DNA of 64,000 nucleotides from a phage: NCBI GenBank assembly GCA_024614665.1, contig GCA_024614665.1_4861.1; one strand, 5' to 3'. Shown piece by piece: positions 46,421 to 54,846 of this stretch (position 1 is its first letter; each line of letters starts with the position of its first letter). The notes under the pieces were generated by a model. It saw only the letters and a program-made list of their open reading frames with translations, ran no database searches and was not told where the DNA came from. The position numbers and the translations under genes were made by a program.

Positions 46421-46912
46421 ATGAAACGTCTATTTATCGTATTCGCGATTATAAACCTGTTGGCCGGTTGTGTTCAGTCGCCAAGCAACATAGGGCAATT
46501 TAGCGCCACACCGGTAAAGAATCACGACTTGGTGATTTATACATGCACAGGGACGCAGGAGAAGTTTGTAGACTACCGTCCGGTTCTGGACAACCTACAA
46601 ATGATGCCGCGGTCAGTAACAGTATTGGATGTGGGTGCAAACTGGGTAGCAACGTGGGACGGCGGCAAACTAGAGTCGCCGATGATGTTTAAAGACATGA
46701 TCGGCAAAATCGACGGGAATGTTAACACCACCACGGGCGAGCGTTATTACCGTATTAATAAAACCGTAAACGATGGCCCCACTTATTCTTTTTCGGATGT
46801 GAACCCGCATACCGGGGAAGGTAAAGGGATGACGTTCTTTCGCTGCAATGGCGGCCTTATTGACGAAGTTCCTACCCCGATTACGATTGTTCCGTTAGAA
46901 GAAAATAAATAG
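46421..46912 (+). CDS. lipoprotein (about 163 aa)
   Basis: ORF track 46364..46912; ATG (MKRLFIVFAIINLLAGC) with AAAGGA RBS; lipobox LAGC; followed by intrinsic terminator. Confidence 0.6.
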   Translation: MKRLFIVFAIINLLAGCVQSPSNIGQFSATPVKNHDLVIYTCTGTQEKFVDYRPVLDNLQMMPRSVTVLDVGANWVATWDGGKLESPMMFKDMIGKIDGNVNTTTGERYYRINKTVNDGPTYSFSDVNPHTGEGKGMTFFRCNGGLIDEVPTPITIVPLEENK

Positions 46913-46915
46913 TGC

Positions 46916-46960
46916 TTACCCACTCCCGTAAGGGGAGTGGGTAAGGGCTTTATTTACCCT
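46916..46960 (+). terminator. intrinsic terminator after lipoprotein gene
   Basis: hairpin CTTACCCACTCCC-GTAAG-GGGAGTGGGTAAG followed by GGCTTTATTT. Confidence 0.65.
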
Positions 46961-47037
46961 CTAAAACGCTCTGTAACGCTCTCTAAAAGCGCTAAACGTA
47001 TTAGATGATAAATTATATTACTTTTGATTAAAGTAGC

Positions 47038-47553
47038 TTAGATTTTAACTAGCTTGCTCCAATCGATGGGTTGTTGTTTTACCACTTTAACGGTACCACG
47101 CGTTGGTGACCAGAAGGTGATATCAGGCTGGTTGCGTACGTCAACATGCAGCCAGGTAATATCGCACTCGATAAAGTGAATAAACGGAAACTCGTTAGGG
47201 TTCGCGGCAATATAGTCGTGTACTTTCTGCAACGGAGTATCAAGCATTGTTGCATCAAACGCATTACCGAATTTATGCATACTGCCTGATTCCGCGTACA
47301 GTTTGTTTGCACGAGTTTGCCAATCGCCACCCTTTGGTTTCTCTTGATTAATAAAGAACTGCAGGGTACGCAGACTACGCTGTTGCTGGGAACTGGTTAA
47401 AATCACCATCCGCCCAAAACGATTACGAATCTGTTGGAGCGAGATTAGCAGTAACGGATTAAGGAAACGAATAGCGCCTTCACCGTATTTCGCGATGTAC
47501 TCCTGCGGCATCAACTCTTTTAACGCGAAGTTGGCAGGATTCGGATGAAACAT
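47038..47553 (-). CDS. peptidase M15-like (endolysin-type L-alanyl-D-glutamate peptidase candidate)
   Basis: SGSMHKFGNAFD (SxHxxGxAxD) and downstream WLHVDVR His, resembling zinc-ligand motifs of M15 peptidases; AAGGAGAG RBS. Confidence 0.55.
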   Translation of the reverse strand: MFHPNPANFALKELMPQEYIAKYGEGAIRFLNPLLLISLQQIRNRFGRMVILTSSQQQRSLRTLQFFINQEKPKGGDWQTRANKLYAESGSMHKFGNAFDATMLDTPLQKVHDYIAANPNEFPFIHFIECDITWLHVDVRNQPDITFWSPTRGTVKVVKQQPIDWSKLVKI

Positions 47554-47562
47554 TTTCTCTCC

Positions 47563-48204
47563 TTAAGGGGCAGTCAGGAACGCACGTTTGATATTCAAAT
47601 ACTGCACGTTTACCGGTTGCCCATTAGTGATGTCAACACGTTCGTGTTCAGGAATCGCTAACGTATGCGACGTTCTAAAGAACAGGTAGTTGCGATTATA
47701 GGACAGCGTCTTTTCTACCGGCCGACTATAAACCACCTTAGAGTTATCGTCTACATAGGACGGCCAACCAAACTCGTGAACGGCACGGTAGAAGGACTTA
47801 CGAATAAAAGTGTCAACGCCTAATGCCTCCATGATGCGTAAGAACATCAGGTCAGCGAATGTTTTGTCGCAAGCACGAGATAGATTACCTTCAGCGGTGT
47901 CAGGGTAAAAGCCTACCGATGAACGTTTCTGGTAAAACAAATCATGCACACAAGCGGCAGCAGCCCAAGGGCCATCCGGATGCAGGATAGGACGTAACGC
48001 TTCTGGAATACTTGCCAGGTCCGTTACAAATCCTTTCGGCACCGTTACCCATAACGGAGTATCCGGATGTACACCTGATAATGCTACCATCGCATCCATT
48101 CCGGTGTGTTCACGATACAAGCTGCGCAACGTAAACTCGAAATGGAAATCATCCGTGAGAATAAACCACGGCTTCTCTAACAACTTATACTTAAGTGCTT
48201 CCAT
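47563..48204 (-). CDS. DUF1353-like hypothetical protein (213 aa)
   Basis: VPKGFVTDLASIPEALRPIL resembles the GFxTDxxSIP signature as I recall it for DUF1353; ORF track. Confidence 0.45.
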   Translation of the reverse strand: MEALKYKLLEKPWFILTDDFHFEFTLRSLYREHTGMDAMVALSGVHPDTPLWVTVPKGFVTDLASIPEALRPILHPDGPWAAAACVHDLFYQKRSSVGFYPDTAEGNLSRACDKTFADLMFLRIMEALGVDTFIRKSFYRAVHEFGWPSYVDDNSKVVYSRPVEKTLSYNRNYLFFRTSHTLAIPEHERVDITNGQPVNVQYLNIKRAFLTAP

Positions 48205-48492
48205 ACTGGCCTCACGTCATATAACGCACGAGCATCGTGAGCGCCATCAATCCCAGTAAAATGGGTATTAAGCCTTTCGGCCAGTCGTCGTTGTCGTATT
48301 GCATGGCTTTACCCTCCGACAGAAGATCGCACGTAATAGTTTGAAGAACCCAGAATCGTAATACGTTTCCGGAACGGTTCGTACTTCAGGGAACATAGGC
48401 GGAGTTGGACGGTGGGTCATTACGTTTTCTCCTTGCGGCAAACACAAGGGCACGCCAGATAGCTTTCATTAAGGTAGCAAACCAATTCTGTT

Positions 48493-49146
48493 TCATTTGC
48501 ACATCCCCAACTTAGCCGCGTAGTCTGGCATTTCCTGATAGACGCGCCCATACCAGCCGTAAGTAAACTCTTCGTTATCCTCACGCCTTTCACTGATTTC
48601 CGTGTAGTACGCTACCTGATGACAGGTTAAAGCGAACATCAGTCGATTCAGGCCCTCTTCCCCACGAGCTTTGATAAAGCCTTCTAACGCTGTTAACGTA
48701 CGTGGACCAATACCGCCATCTGCTTCGATGTCGTCGTACAGTTTACCCTGACGGTTTAATACGTTCAGAATACGCTGCAGGGACTTGATACAGTTGCCAC
48801 GACCTGCGTTGATGCCGAAATCAAACATCCGGTCAGCTAGCAGGACATTCATTTTCATAATCTGGTCTAAGCGCATCCGCTGCCACCAGAGCTTGTTGTA
48901 AATGTCTAACGCGGTTTCTAGGCTCAGGTCACGCATATCCCCTTTATAGCCATATTCACGCGCCGTGAGTTCGGTGACACCACGGTTCGTTGCTTTACCC
49001 AAATCTTTCGGGTTATTAACGTAACCGGCTTCGATGTTTACTTTGGCACGAATAATGCCCTCTTTACTCCAACGATCGACCACGATAACCTCCTGAGTTG
49101 ATAGGGTCATAAAAAGAAAGCCTCTTCCCCGTGGGGAAGAGGGCAT
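48493..49146 (-). CDS. GH108-type lysozyme (N-acetylmuramidase) with putative peptidoglycan-binding C-terminus
   Basis: EAGYVNNPKDLGKATNRGVTE matches the GH108 EGGYVNDPxDxGGxTxxGIT motif; ATG at 49146 has GAGGAT RBS, alternative ATG at 49110. Confidence 0.65.
   Translation of the reverse strand: MPSSPRGRGFLFMTLSTQEVIVVDRWSKEGIIRAKVNIEAGYVNNPKDLGKATNRGVTELTAREYGYKGDMRDLSLETALDIYNKLWWQRMRLDQIMKMNVLLADRMFDFGINAGRGNCIKSLQRILNVLNRQGKLYDDIEADGGIGPRTLTALEGFIKARGEEGLNRLMFALTCHQVAYYTEISERREDNEEFTYGWYGRVYQEMPDYAAKLGMCK
49111..49142 (-). terminator. hairpin terminator/attenuator candidate lying inside the 5' end of the GH108 ORF
   Basis: hairpin CCTCTTCCCC-AC/GT-GGGGAAGAGG followed on the minus strand by CTTTCTTTTT; lies between the two candidate ATG starts of the GH108 gene. 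Confidence 0.4.
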
Positions 49147-49188
49147 GGGTTATCCTCAGGCTTTAACCCCGTCAAGTTCCTCGTTAAA

Positions 49189-51366
49189 TTATGATAACGA
49201 TTTCTTTGGCCGCTCCCACGGTTTAGGGGCGGATTTGGTATACGGATTACATTCCATCATCTTGCCGAGATACGCATCGTAATACACGAAGCGATCGACA
49301 TAGAACCTCTCCACCGGTGCACTACTGGTAGCCGATTTCACCCGGTTGCGTTCCACAGCGAGGTTAATCGTCCCGGTAGGCGCGGGTTTTAGCGTGAACA
49401 TCACCGCACGGTTGTAACGCCAAGTGTCGTGCACAATATCAAACTCCGATACACTGTGTGCCATGATACCAAACAATGTGGTGCTCGGTAAATTGGCTAC
49501 AGCATCACCGTATGGTGTTCCCACCAAACCGCCGGGTAAGTTTTGCTTTTTGAACAGCGTACCTGAAATAATCGTACCTAAGAACTCCACAACTACAGGC
49601 TTGGTTGGGTCGGTGACTTTATCTATCCCATCCGCACTGGCCAATCTGTTGGCATCTAAATCTGCGAGGTAGTCGAGGAACTCTTGGTACTCGTCGGTGA
49701 CATTCGGTTTCACCGTTCCGACGGATACCCAGTTGACGATACTTTTATTCCCACCGACAGCTTCGCCTGCCATCCCAGGGCGAGTCCATGACATCCCGTC
49801 TTCACGACCGTAGACATAGACTGGCGAGCCGGTAGCCGGGGTGTTCCATTGCTCGAACGCTGTATATCGTCCCGGCTGGCCCCAATCCCCACCCGGACCG
49901 CCATAGTAGCGACTCTGGTAGCCGGTAAATTGTGCGACGACTAACTGGGTAGCACCGCCTTTGTCACGGGACCCAGCTAAGCCGTTACGGTTATTGGTGC
50001 CACTGGGTACCGCCGCGCCTGGCCCGAGTGGCGCACCACCAGCTCCACCGATCTTGGTGGTGCTAAACGCATAGTAGTCGCCCCCACCCCCACCACCGGC
50101 GATGGTGCCGTAGTTTTCGATGGTGACTTTGCCACGGAAGGTATCGCTAATGTGGATTGCGTCAGCTCCGTCCGCTGATGTGTTCGCAGGCAGTGAATAG
50201 ACCATGCCCGAACCACCGCGACCAAGAATGGTTCCCCGGTTAACGAAGTTCCAAACCACCTCGCCAATTTGCGGCAATTCATCGATAACGAACGTCGGTT
50301 TCAGGTTGCTGTCGCGATAAACGAAAGCCCCCGCATCTACGGTCACGTTAACAAACAAACGCCCGCACGCCGCATGGTTGGTCAACGTCGTGGCCCAGTA
50401 GCTGTCCGAAACTTGCGACGTAGTTGTGTAGTTCAGGTTAAGGGTTTGCTCGTTATCTTGATAGCGTGCCACATTCAACGTGGCGTTGCCCATGACTTTG
50501 TACGAACCCTCTACGGGTGCCAATTGCACTTGTCTTGGCCACTCGCCTTCCAGGTTCTCTACAGGAGCAATTTCGTTTACATCAAAAACACCCCGAATGC
50601 CGAGTGTCTCGATGGCCAGAGCATCGTGCAGGCTACCGGTGAAATCATCCGGGACGTATGTGGTTTTGCCTGCATATGTCTCGAGTTTGTTACGTGAGAA
50701 GAACACATACTTCGTTCCAAACATCCCGCTCCCCGGTCTAGCGGTCAAAGCTACGACGCTGTTATACGCAGAGGTTTGGCCTATATCCTCCGGGGACATC
50801 GGGGCACTGACATCGACTTTATCAAGATCCACGATCCGTTTGGTTGCATTAGAGTAGAAGTTAATCCACTGCTGTTTATTCGCAGCCTTTAGCGTGAGAA
50901 TGATGTTGGTAACAGTGTAGACGGTGTTGATATCCACGTCACCGTTTATCACATCTAGCGTTTGGCTGCCGTACCAGATAAGACTTGTCTGTTTCGCCTG
51001 GAACGTGATGCGCGCAGCATTGTTTGTCCAAGTGATGGGCAGGTCTTCAAAGTCGTCGGTTAAAAAGGTAATCCCTAGTAGAGTGTCTAAATGCGGCAAC
51101 AGTTCGTGGATGGACGCACAAGTGGGAATGGCATCCAACTTAACCTTGGCGAAATAATCAGCAATATTTTGCTTCGTGACTTGGGCCGTAATTTGACCGT
51201 AACTTGAATACCCCGGACCCCCTGTCAGTGTGACGTCTAGGGTTTTTTCGTCACGATGCGCCACGGACACCAGGCGTACGTTAGCGGGGTCTACTGCTTT
51301 GGCGACCGCGTTTTTACGGTTGAGCGACCGAATCACGGTCGCCACTAAATCGGGAGTGTATGACAT
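49189..51366 (-). CDS. family-A paralog, long (725 aa), Gly-rich fibre-like protein
   Basis: AAGGTG RBS; Gly-rich tract GGGGGGDYYAFSTTKIGGAGGAPLGPGAAV; C-terminus related to 51381..52700. Confidence 0.65.
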   Translation of the reverse strand: MSYTPDLVATVIRSLNRKNAVAKAVDPANVRLVSVAHRDEKTLDVTLTGGPGYSSYGQITAQVTKQNIADYFAKVKLDAIPTCASIHELLPHLDTLLGITFLTDDFEDLPITWTNNAARITFQAKQTSLIWYGSQTLDVINGDVDINTVYTVTNIILTLKAANKQQWINFYSNATKRIVDLDKVDVSAPMSPEDIGQTSAYNSVVALTARPGSGMFGTKYVFFSRNKLETYAGKTTYVPDDFTGSLHDALAIETLGIRGVFDVNEIAPVENLEGEWPRQVQLAPVEGSYKVMGNATLNVARYQDNEQTLNLNYTTTSQVSDSYWATTLTNHAACGRLFVNVTVDAGAFVYRDSNLKPTFVIDELPQIGEVVWNFVNRGTILGRGGSGMVYSLPANTSADGADAIHISDTFRGKVTIENYGTIAGGGGGGDYYAFSTTKIGGAGGAPLGPGAAVPSGTNNRNGLAGSRDKGGATQLVVAQFTGYQSRYYGGPGGDWGQPGRYTAFEQWNTPATGSPVYVYGREDGMSWTRPGMAGEAVGGNKSIVNWVSVGTVKPNVTDEYQEFLDYLADLDANRLASADGIDKVTDPTKPVVVEFLGTIISGTLFKKQNLPGGLVGTPYGDAVANLPSTTLFGIMAHSVSEFDIVHDTWRYNRAVMFTLKPAPTGTINLAVERNRVKSATSSAPVERFYVDRFVYYDAYLGKMMECNPYTKSAPKPWERPKKSLS

Positions 51367-51380
51367 GGTGACACCTTAGT

Positions 51381-52700
51381 CTATAGCGCTGGATACCAAG
51401 GGACCGGGGCAGTTTTGCTATATGGACTGTAGACCATATAGCCGCCTTTGCTTGGGTCGTAATAGATGAAATAGTTACAGTAATTCGAGTAGAGGCTCGT
51501 CATTTGTTTGGATTGGTATCCGTTACGGTATAGTCCCTGGTAGGTAATAGCCGATGTCGTGGTGGTGTAAGCAGTGTGGTACAGTACCCGACGCCGGTTA
51601 GCAATACTTTCTTGGAACATCTCTTCGGTCGGAAACGCGTGTTGCATCAGCCGTCGAATACTCCCGGTACAGTATCGAGTGCCATACGGGGAACCCGTTA
51701 AATCATCCGTTGTTTCAGGCGATTCTGCCCGAGTCAACACGTACTCGTTTTGATACAGCGTGACGCTCATCGAATTTGAGTTGGTTTCCCGGAACCCCAT
51801 GTAACGCGCATAACGTTCGACGTCCTCTTCCTGCGCCAAATAGGCCACGTTATTTTTCGGACCAAAGTGCAAGAAGAACGGACGGCGGAGATTACCCATA
51901 TCCTCAGGTGGCGTCAACTTCACGCAGTAATTGTACTCCCCACGCATATCCGGGTCTAAGCCTGGGTTGTTATTGCGTGTAGCGACATACCCATAGAGGT
52001 CATACGGGTTATCAGTAGCAGCATTACCGATAGTGAACGGGATGCCCGACCATGCCGACAACGCAGCGATGAACTGGGTCATGTACGAGTTACTGTTTAG
52101 TCGCAGCGGGGTACCCATTGGGATATTGATTATCTGTTGGGTGTACATGCTCCAGTCGAGCCGATAGACCGTGCTGTAAACATCCATGGGTTCCCAAGCC
52201 CCAGTTTCGGTGATGTGGTACATGTCGGCGAAGCTGGGCTCTTCACGAGTAAAGCTAATAGGAATGTAACCCGTGAATGCGGGGTTATCCGATTTAATCG
52301 CCACCGTCCGATCGCCCGTTGCCACAGTGATCATTGCAAACTGGCTGTCAGGATACGTTAAATCGTCAGCAGTAAGCACCAGCCCACAAGCTGCGGAAAT
52401 CCGGTCGATGATGTCGCGGTAGGCCGTCGCCCGATAAGGTACTTTAACCGGTACACTGACGCCTTTAAAATACTGCGAAAGGTTTAAGCGGTCGTAGTAG
52501 ATGTCCATCTTACCGCTGTAACCACCACCCTGTAATCCGTTTACCACGATACGGCTGTTGCGACCATCGCGCAAGGCATTGGTTAAAGGACCTTGTAATA
52601 ACGCCACGTTGGTTGCGTTGAGCGGTTTCTTGAGCTGCGGGTTATCGCGATTAATCTGATCCCAAACCAGTTGCATGACAGGTTTGTTATAGTTGATCAT
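51381..52700 (-). CDS. family-A paralog (439 aa)
   Basis: N-terminal MINYNKPVMQLVWDQINRDNP...RNSRIVVNGLQGGG...DIYYDRLNLSQYF family signature. Confidence 0.65.
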   Translation of the reverse strand: MINYNKPVMQLVWDQINRDNPQLKKPLNATNVALLQGPLTNALRDGRNSRIVVNGLQGGGYSGKMDIYYDRLNLSQYFKGVSVPVKVPYRATAYRDIIDRISAACGLVLTADDLTYPDSQFAMITVATGDRTVAIKSDNPAFTGYIPISFTREEPSFADMYHITETGAWEPMDVYSTVYRLDWSMYTQQIINIPMGTPLRLNSNSYMTQFIAALSAWSGIPFTIGNAATDNPYDLYGYVATRNNNPGLDPDMRGEYNYCVKLTPPEDMGNLRRPFFLHFGPKNNVAYLAQEEDVERYARYMGFRETNSNSMSVTLYQNEYVLTRAESPETTDDLTGSPYGTRYCTGSIRRLMQHAFPTEEMFQESIANRRRVLYHTAYTTTTSAITYQGLYRNGYQSKQMTSLYSNYCNYFIYYDPSKGGYMVYSPYSKTAPVPWYPAL

Positions 52701-52709
52701 TGCAACGTC

Positions 52710-52744
52710 CTCAAAAAATAAAATAGGCCCCGAAGGGCCTATTT
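52710..52744 (-). terminator. intrinsic terminator
   Basis: hairpin AATAGGCCC-CGAA-GGGCCTATT with T-run on the minus strand, between the family-A remnant and 51381..52700. Confidence 0.6.
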
Positions 52745-52751
52745 TTAGCTG

Positions 52752-52931
52752 TTATGGTGAAGTACGCCATCCCTTTAACTCCAGCTGTTTCGACGTCTGT
52801 TTGGGTAACCGTGCGACCGTACGCTTTATTAGCGAAATTGAATCTGTGCTGATTCGTCCTGCGGGTTCAGGGTTATCCCTTACGACTTGCTGACAGAGTA
52901 ATTCCAGTTCGGGTGCGCTATACAACCCCAT
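52752..52931 (-). pseudogene. remnant of a family-A gene (5' end fused to a frame-shifted 3' end)
   Basis: 59-codon ORF MGLYSAPELELLCQQVVRDNPEPAGRIS... matches the N-terminus of 54847..56265; its 3' nucleotides resemble the 3' end of 59682..60509 in a shifted frame. Confidence 0.55.
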
Positions 52932-52942
52932 GAAGTCTCCTG

Positions 52943-53842
52943 TTAAGGCAGAACGAGTTCAAGTACCACAATAGAGCGTACTGAATTGGTACCGTGGTTA
53001 CCCCATGCCGGTGACTCTGGGTAGGGTGGACGGTTGTACCACTGACTGGACGTGTTATTCATAGCCGCAAAGAATGCACTTTGTGGGGCAGTAGTCGAAT
53101 CGGTTGGACCGACCGGAAGGTCGTCAAAGCGCGGAAACTGCCCACTGTAGTTGTACAGGCGCGCGAAGGTGTTAAACCACTCACCGTCGAGATACAACTC
53201 AGTGTTACCGTTTCCAACGTAAGACGTCCAGAATTTGTAGTCGAACAAATACGGCAAGCGCACCACGTATTCGTAACCGTTTTTCGTCACCGTGCGGCGT
53301 TGGTTACGTGCAGTAGCCCAGCCCGGTACATATCCGTTGCCATCCTGGCCGTACATCAGCCCCTGGTTATAAATGAACTGCGGGCTAGCGTATATTGTCG
53401 CGTTATCGGACATAAACAGAATACGGTTTTTGTAAATGAATTTATGCCAGGCACCAACGGCGGAACTGAACATATTCACCACGAGGCCGTTCAGTTCCCC
53501 GTTAGTGAATAACTCTGCTGGCGTTACTGTTCCAAAGTATCCAGCGTGCCAGTCGCCGTATAACAGCTTCTGGGGGCCAGGCCCGGTGTCTAAAAAGAAC
53601 CCTTGGGCGGTAGGGGTGTTGAAGACACGCTCACCGTCTTTAACCGCAGCTATCCAATAACGGTAAGTGGTGTTGTTTTCCACAGCGTTGTCTTCGTACG
53701 ATGTAGCGTCACCCGGAAGGGTTGCCAGAGGCGTTCCCGGTGCATTAACATCAATGGTGGCGTTGCCCGGCGTCTTGCGATAGATTTCAATGTTATCGAG
53801 CGCCTGTGGCTTCCGTTGTGCAAAGTTTAATGTAATAGGCAT
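52943..53842 (-). CDS. family-B paralog (about 299 aa), beta-sandwich-like N-terminus
   Basis: ORF track 52943..53878; ATG (MPITLNF...) with GAGGAT RBS; TTYRYWIAAVKDGERVF and TGPGPQ...GYFGTV...ELF motifs shared with 56279..57202. Confidence 0.6.
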   Translation of the reverse strand: MPITLNFAQRKPQALDNIEIYRKTPGNATIDVNAPGTPLATLPGDATSYEDNAVENNTTYRYWIAAVKDGERVFNTPTAQGFFLDTGPGPQKLLYGDWHAGYFGTVTPAELFTNGELNGLVVNMFSSAVGAWHKFIYKNRILFMSDNATIYASPQFIYNQGLMYGQDGNGYVPGWATARNQRRTVTKNGYEYVVRLPYLFDYKFWTSYVGNGNTELYLDGEWFNTFARLYNYSGQFPRFDDLPVGPTDSTTAPQSAFFAAMNNTSSQWYNRPPYPESPAWGNHGTNSVRSIVVLELVLP

Positions 53843-53844
53843 GA

Positions 53845-54834
53845 TTAATCCTCGATAAGCTCGATTACTGGAATCCAAATACCGCCCACGGTCGCACCAG
53901 GGACATGTTGTATACGCTGGAGGTTATCCGCGGTATCAGTGGAATCCGCCGCCGCCCATCCGCGCGTCAGCCCCAACTTACTGTCTGGGTCAAACTCCTG
54001 ACAATGCGCCCCACGGCCTGCCACCAGCGATCCACTTCCGAATATGCTGGTGTTCGACCACTTTATCAGGGACATCACTTTTTTCTTTTCTGGGAACCAG
54101 CTACTTATCCCATAGATGAGTCGGTTGTATTCGCTATCGGCAGTATACGGCGACTCGTCATGGAGTTTACCGTTCCACTGTGCGTCGAGTGTCATGACCG
54201 GGCTTTCACTGTCGAGCGTTAACCCGCGCAGCAGGCGCATCCGATAGCGGTCACCCAACCACGTAAACTCCCCAGCCTGGTCAACGTCAGGTAAATCGCC
54301 ATGACCGCCTTCCGGACCAGGTCCCGCCACACCGTACAGCAAACCCGCGTTATAAATCGCATCACGGCTATACAGCGTGTTGCCGTTCACACGAAGACCA
54401 CTAATCAGATACAGAATTTTACCGTCTAGCTGGAACTTCATCAAGCCCGGCTTAACAGTTGGGTCGTATCCAGAAAGGGCCACAAACCCTGGCGGATAAT
54501 CACCCGCGCTAGGTAATTCACCGTACGCCACGTACCCGTAATACGCAAAGCGGTCATCACCGTACTGCGGAGCCACGATGCCGATACCGCGACGGTTCTG
54601 AATCAGAATTGATTTCTGCGGACTGAACAGTGTCCGACTTCCCACTGTCACGGTGGTCATGTAGTAATACGTTGTCCCCAGTATCGCTGTTCGGTCAGTA
54701 TACTCAGTTTCCCCGTTAGTGAACGTTGCCAGGGGTTCAGGTAATGCCGTACGCACCAGAGGTTTGGTGTCGCGGTACAGCTTCACGGTCGAAGCCCCAG
54801 GGTTATTGTTCGTCCAACGAATTGTAAAAGCCAT
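53845..54834 (-). CDS. family-C paralog (329 aa)
   Basis: MAFTIRWTNNNPGASTVKLYRD...TTYYYMTTVT; paralog of 57212..58210. Confidence 0.6.
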   Translation of the reverse strand: MAFTIRWTNNNPGASTVKLYRDTKPLVRTALPEPLATFTNGETEYTDRTAILGTTYYYMTTVTVGSRTLFSPQKSILIQNRRGIGIVAPQYGDDRFAYYGYVAYGELPSAGDYPPGFVALSGYDPTVKPGLMKFQLDGKILYLISGLRVNGNTLYSRDAIYNAGLLYGVAGPGPEGGHGDLPDVDQAGEFTWLGDRYRMRLLRGLTLDSESPVMTLDAQWNGKLHDESPYTADSEYNRLIYGISSWFPEKKKVMSLIKWSNTSIFGSGSLVAGRGAHCQEFDPDSKLGLTRGWAAADSTDTADNLQRIQHVPGATVGGIWIPVIELIED

Positions 54835-54846
54835 TGTCGTTACCTC

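Noticed and set aside
46961-47037. Short direct repeats (AACGCTCT variants) in the AT-rich spacer before the M15 gene
   Set aside because: Only 2-3 imperfect copies; could be a 3' UTR or operator but the evidence is too thin to call
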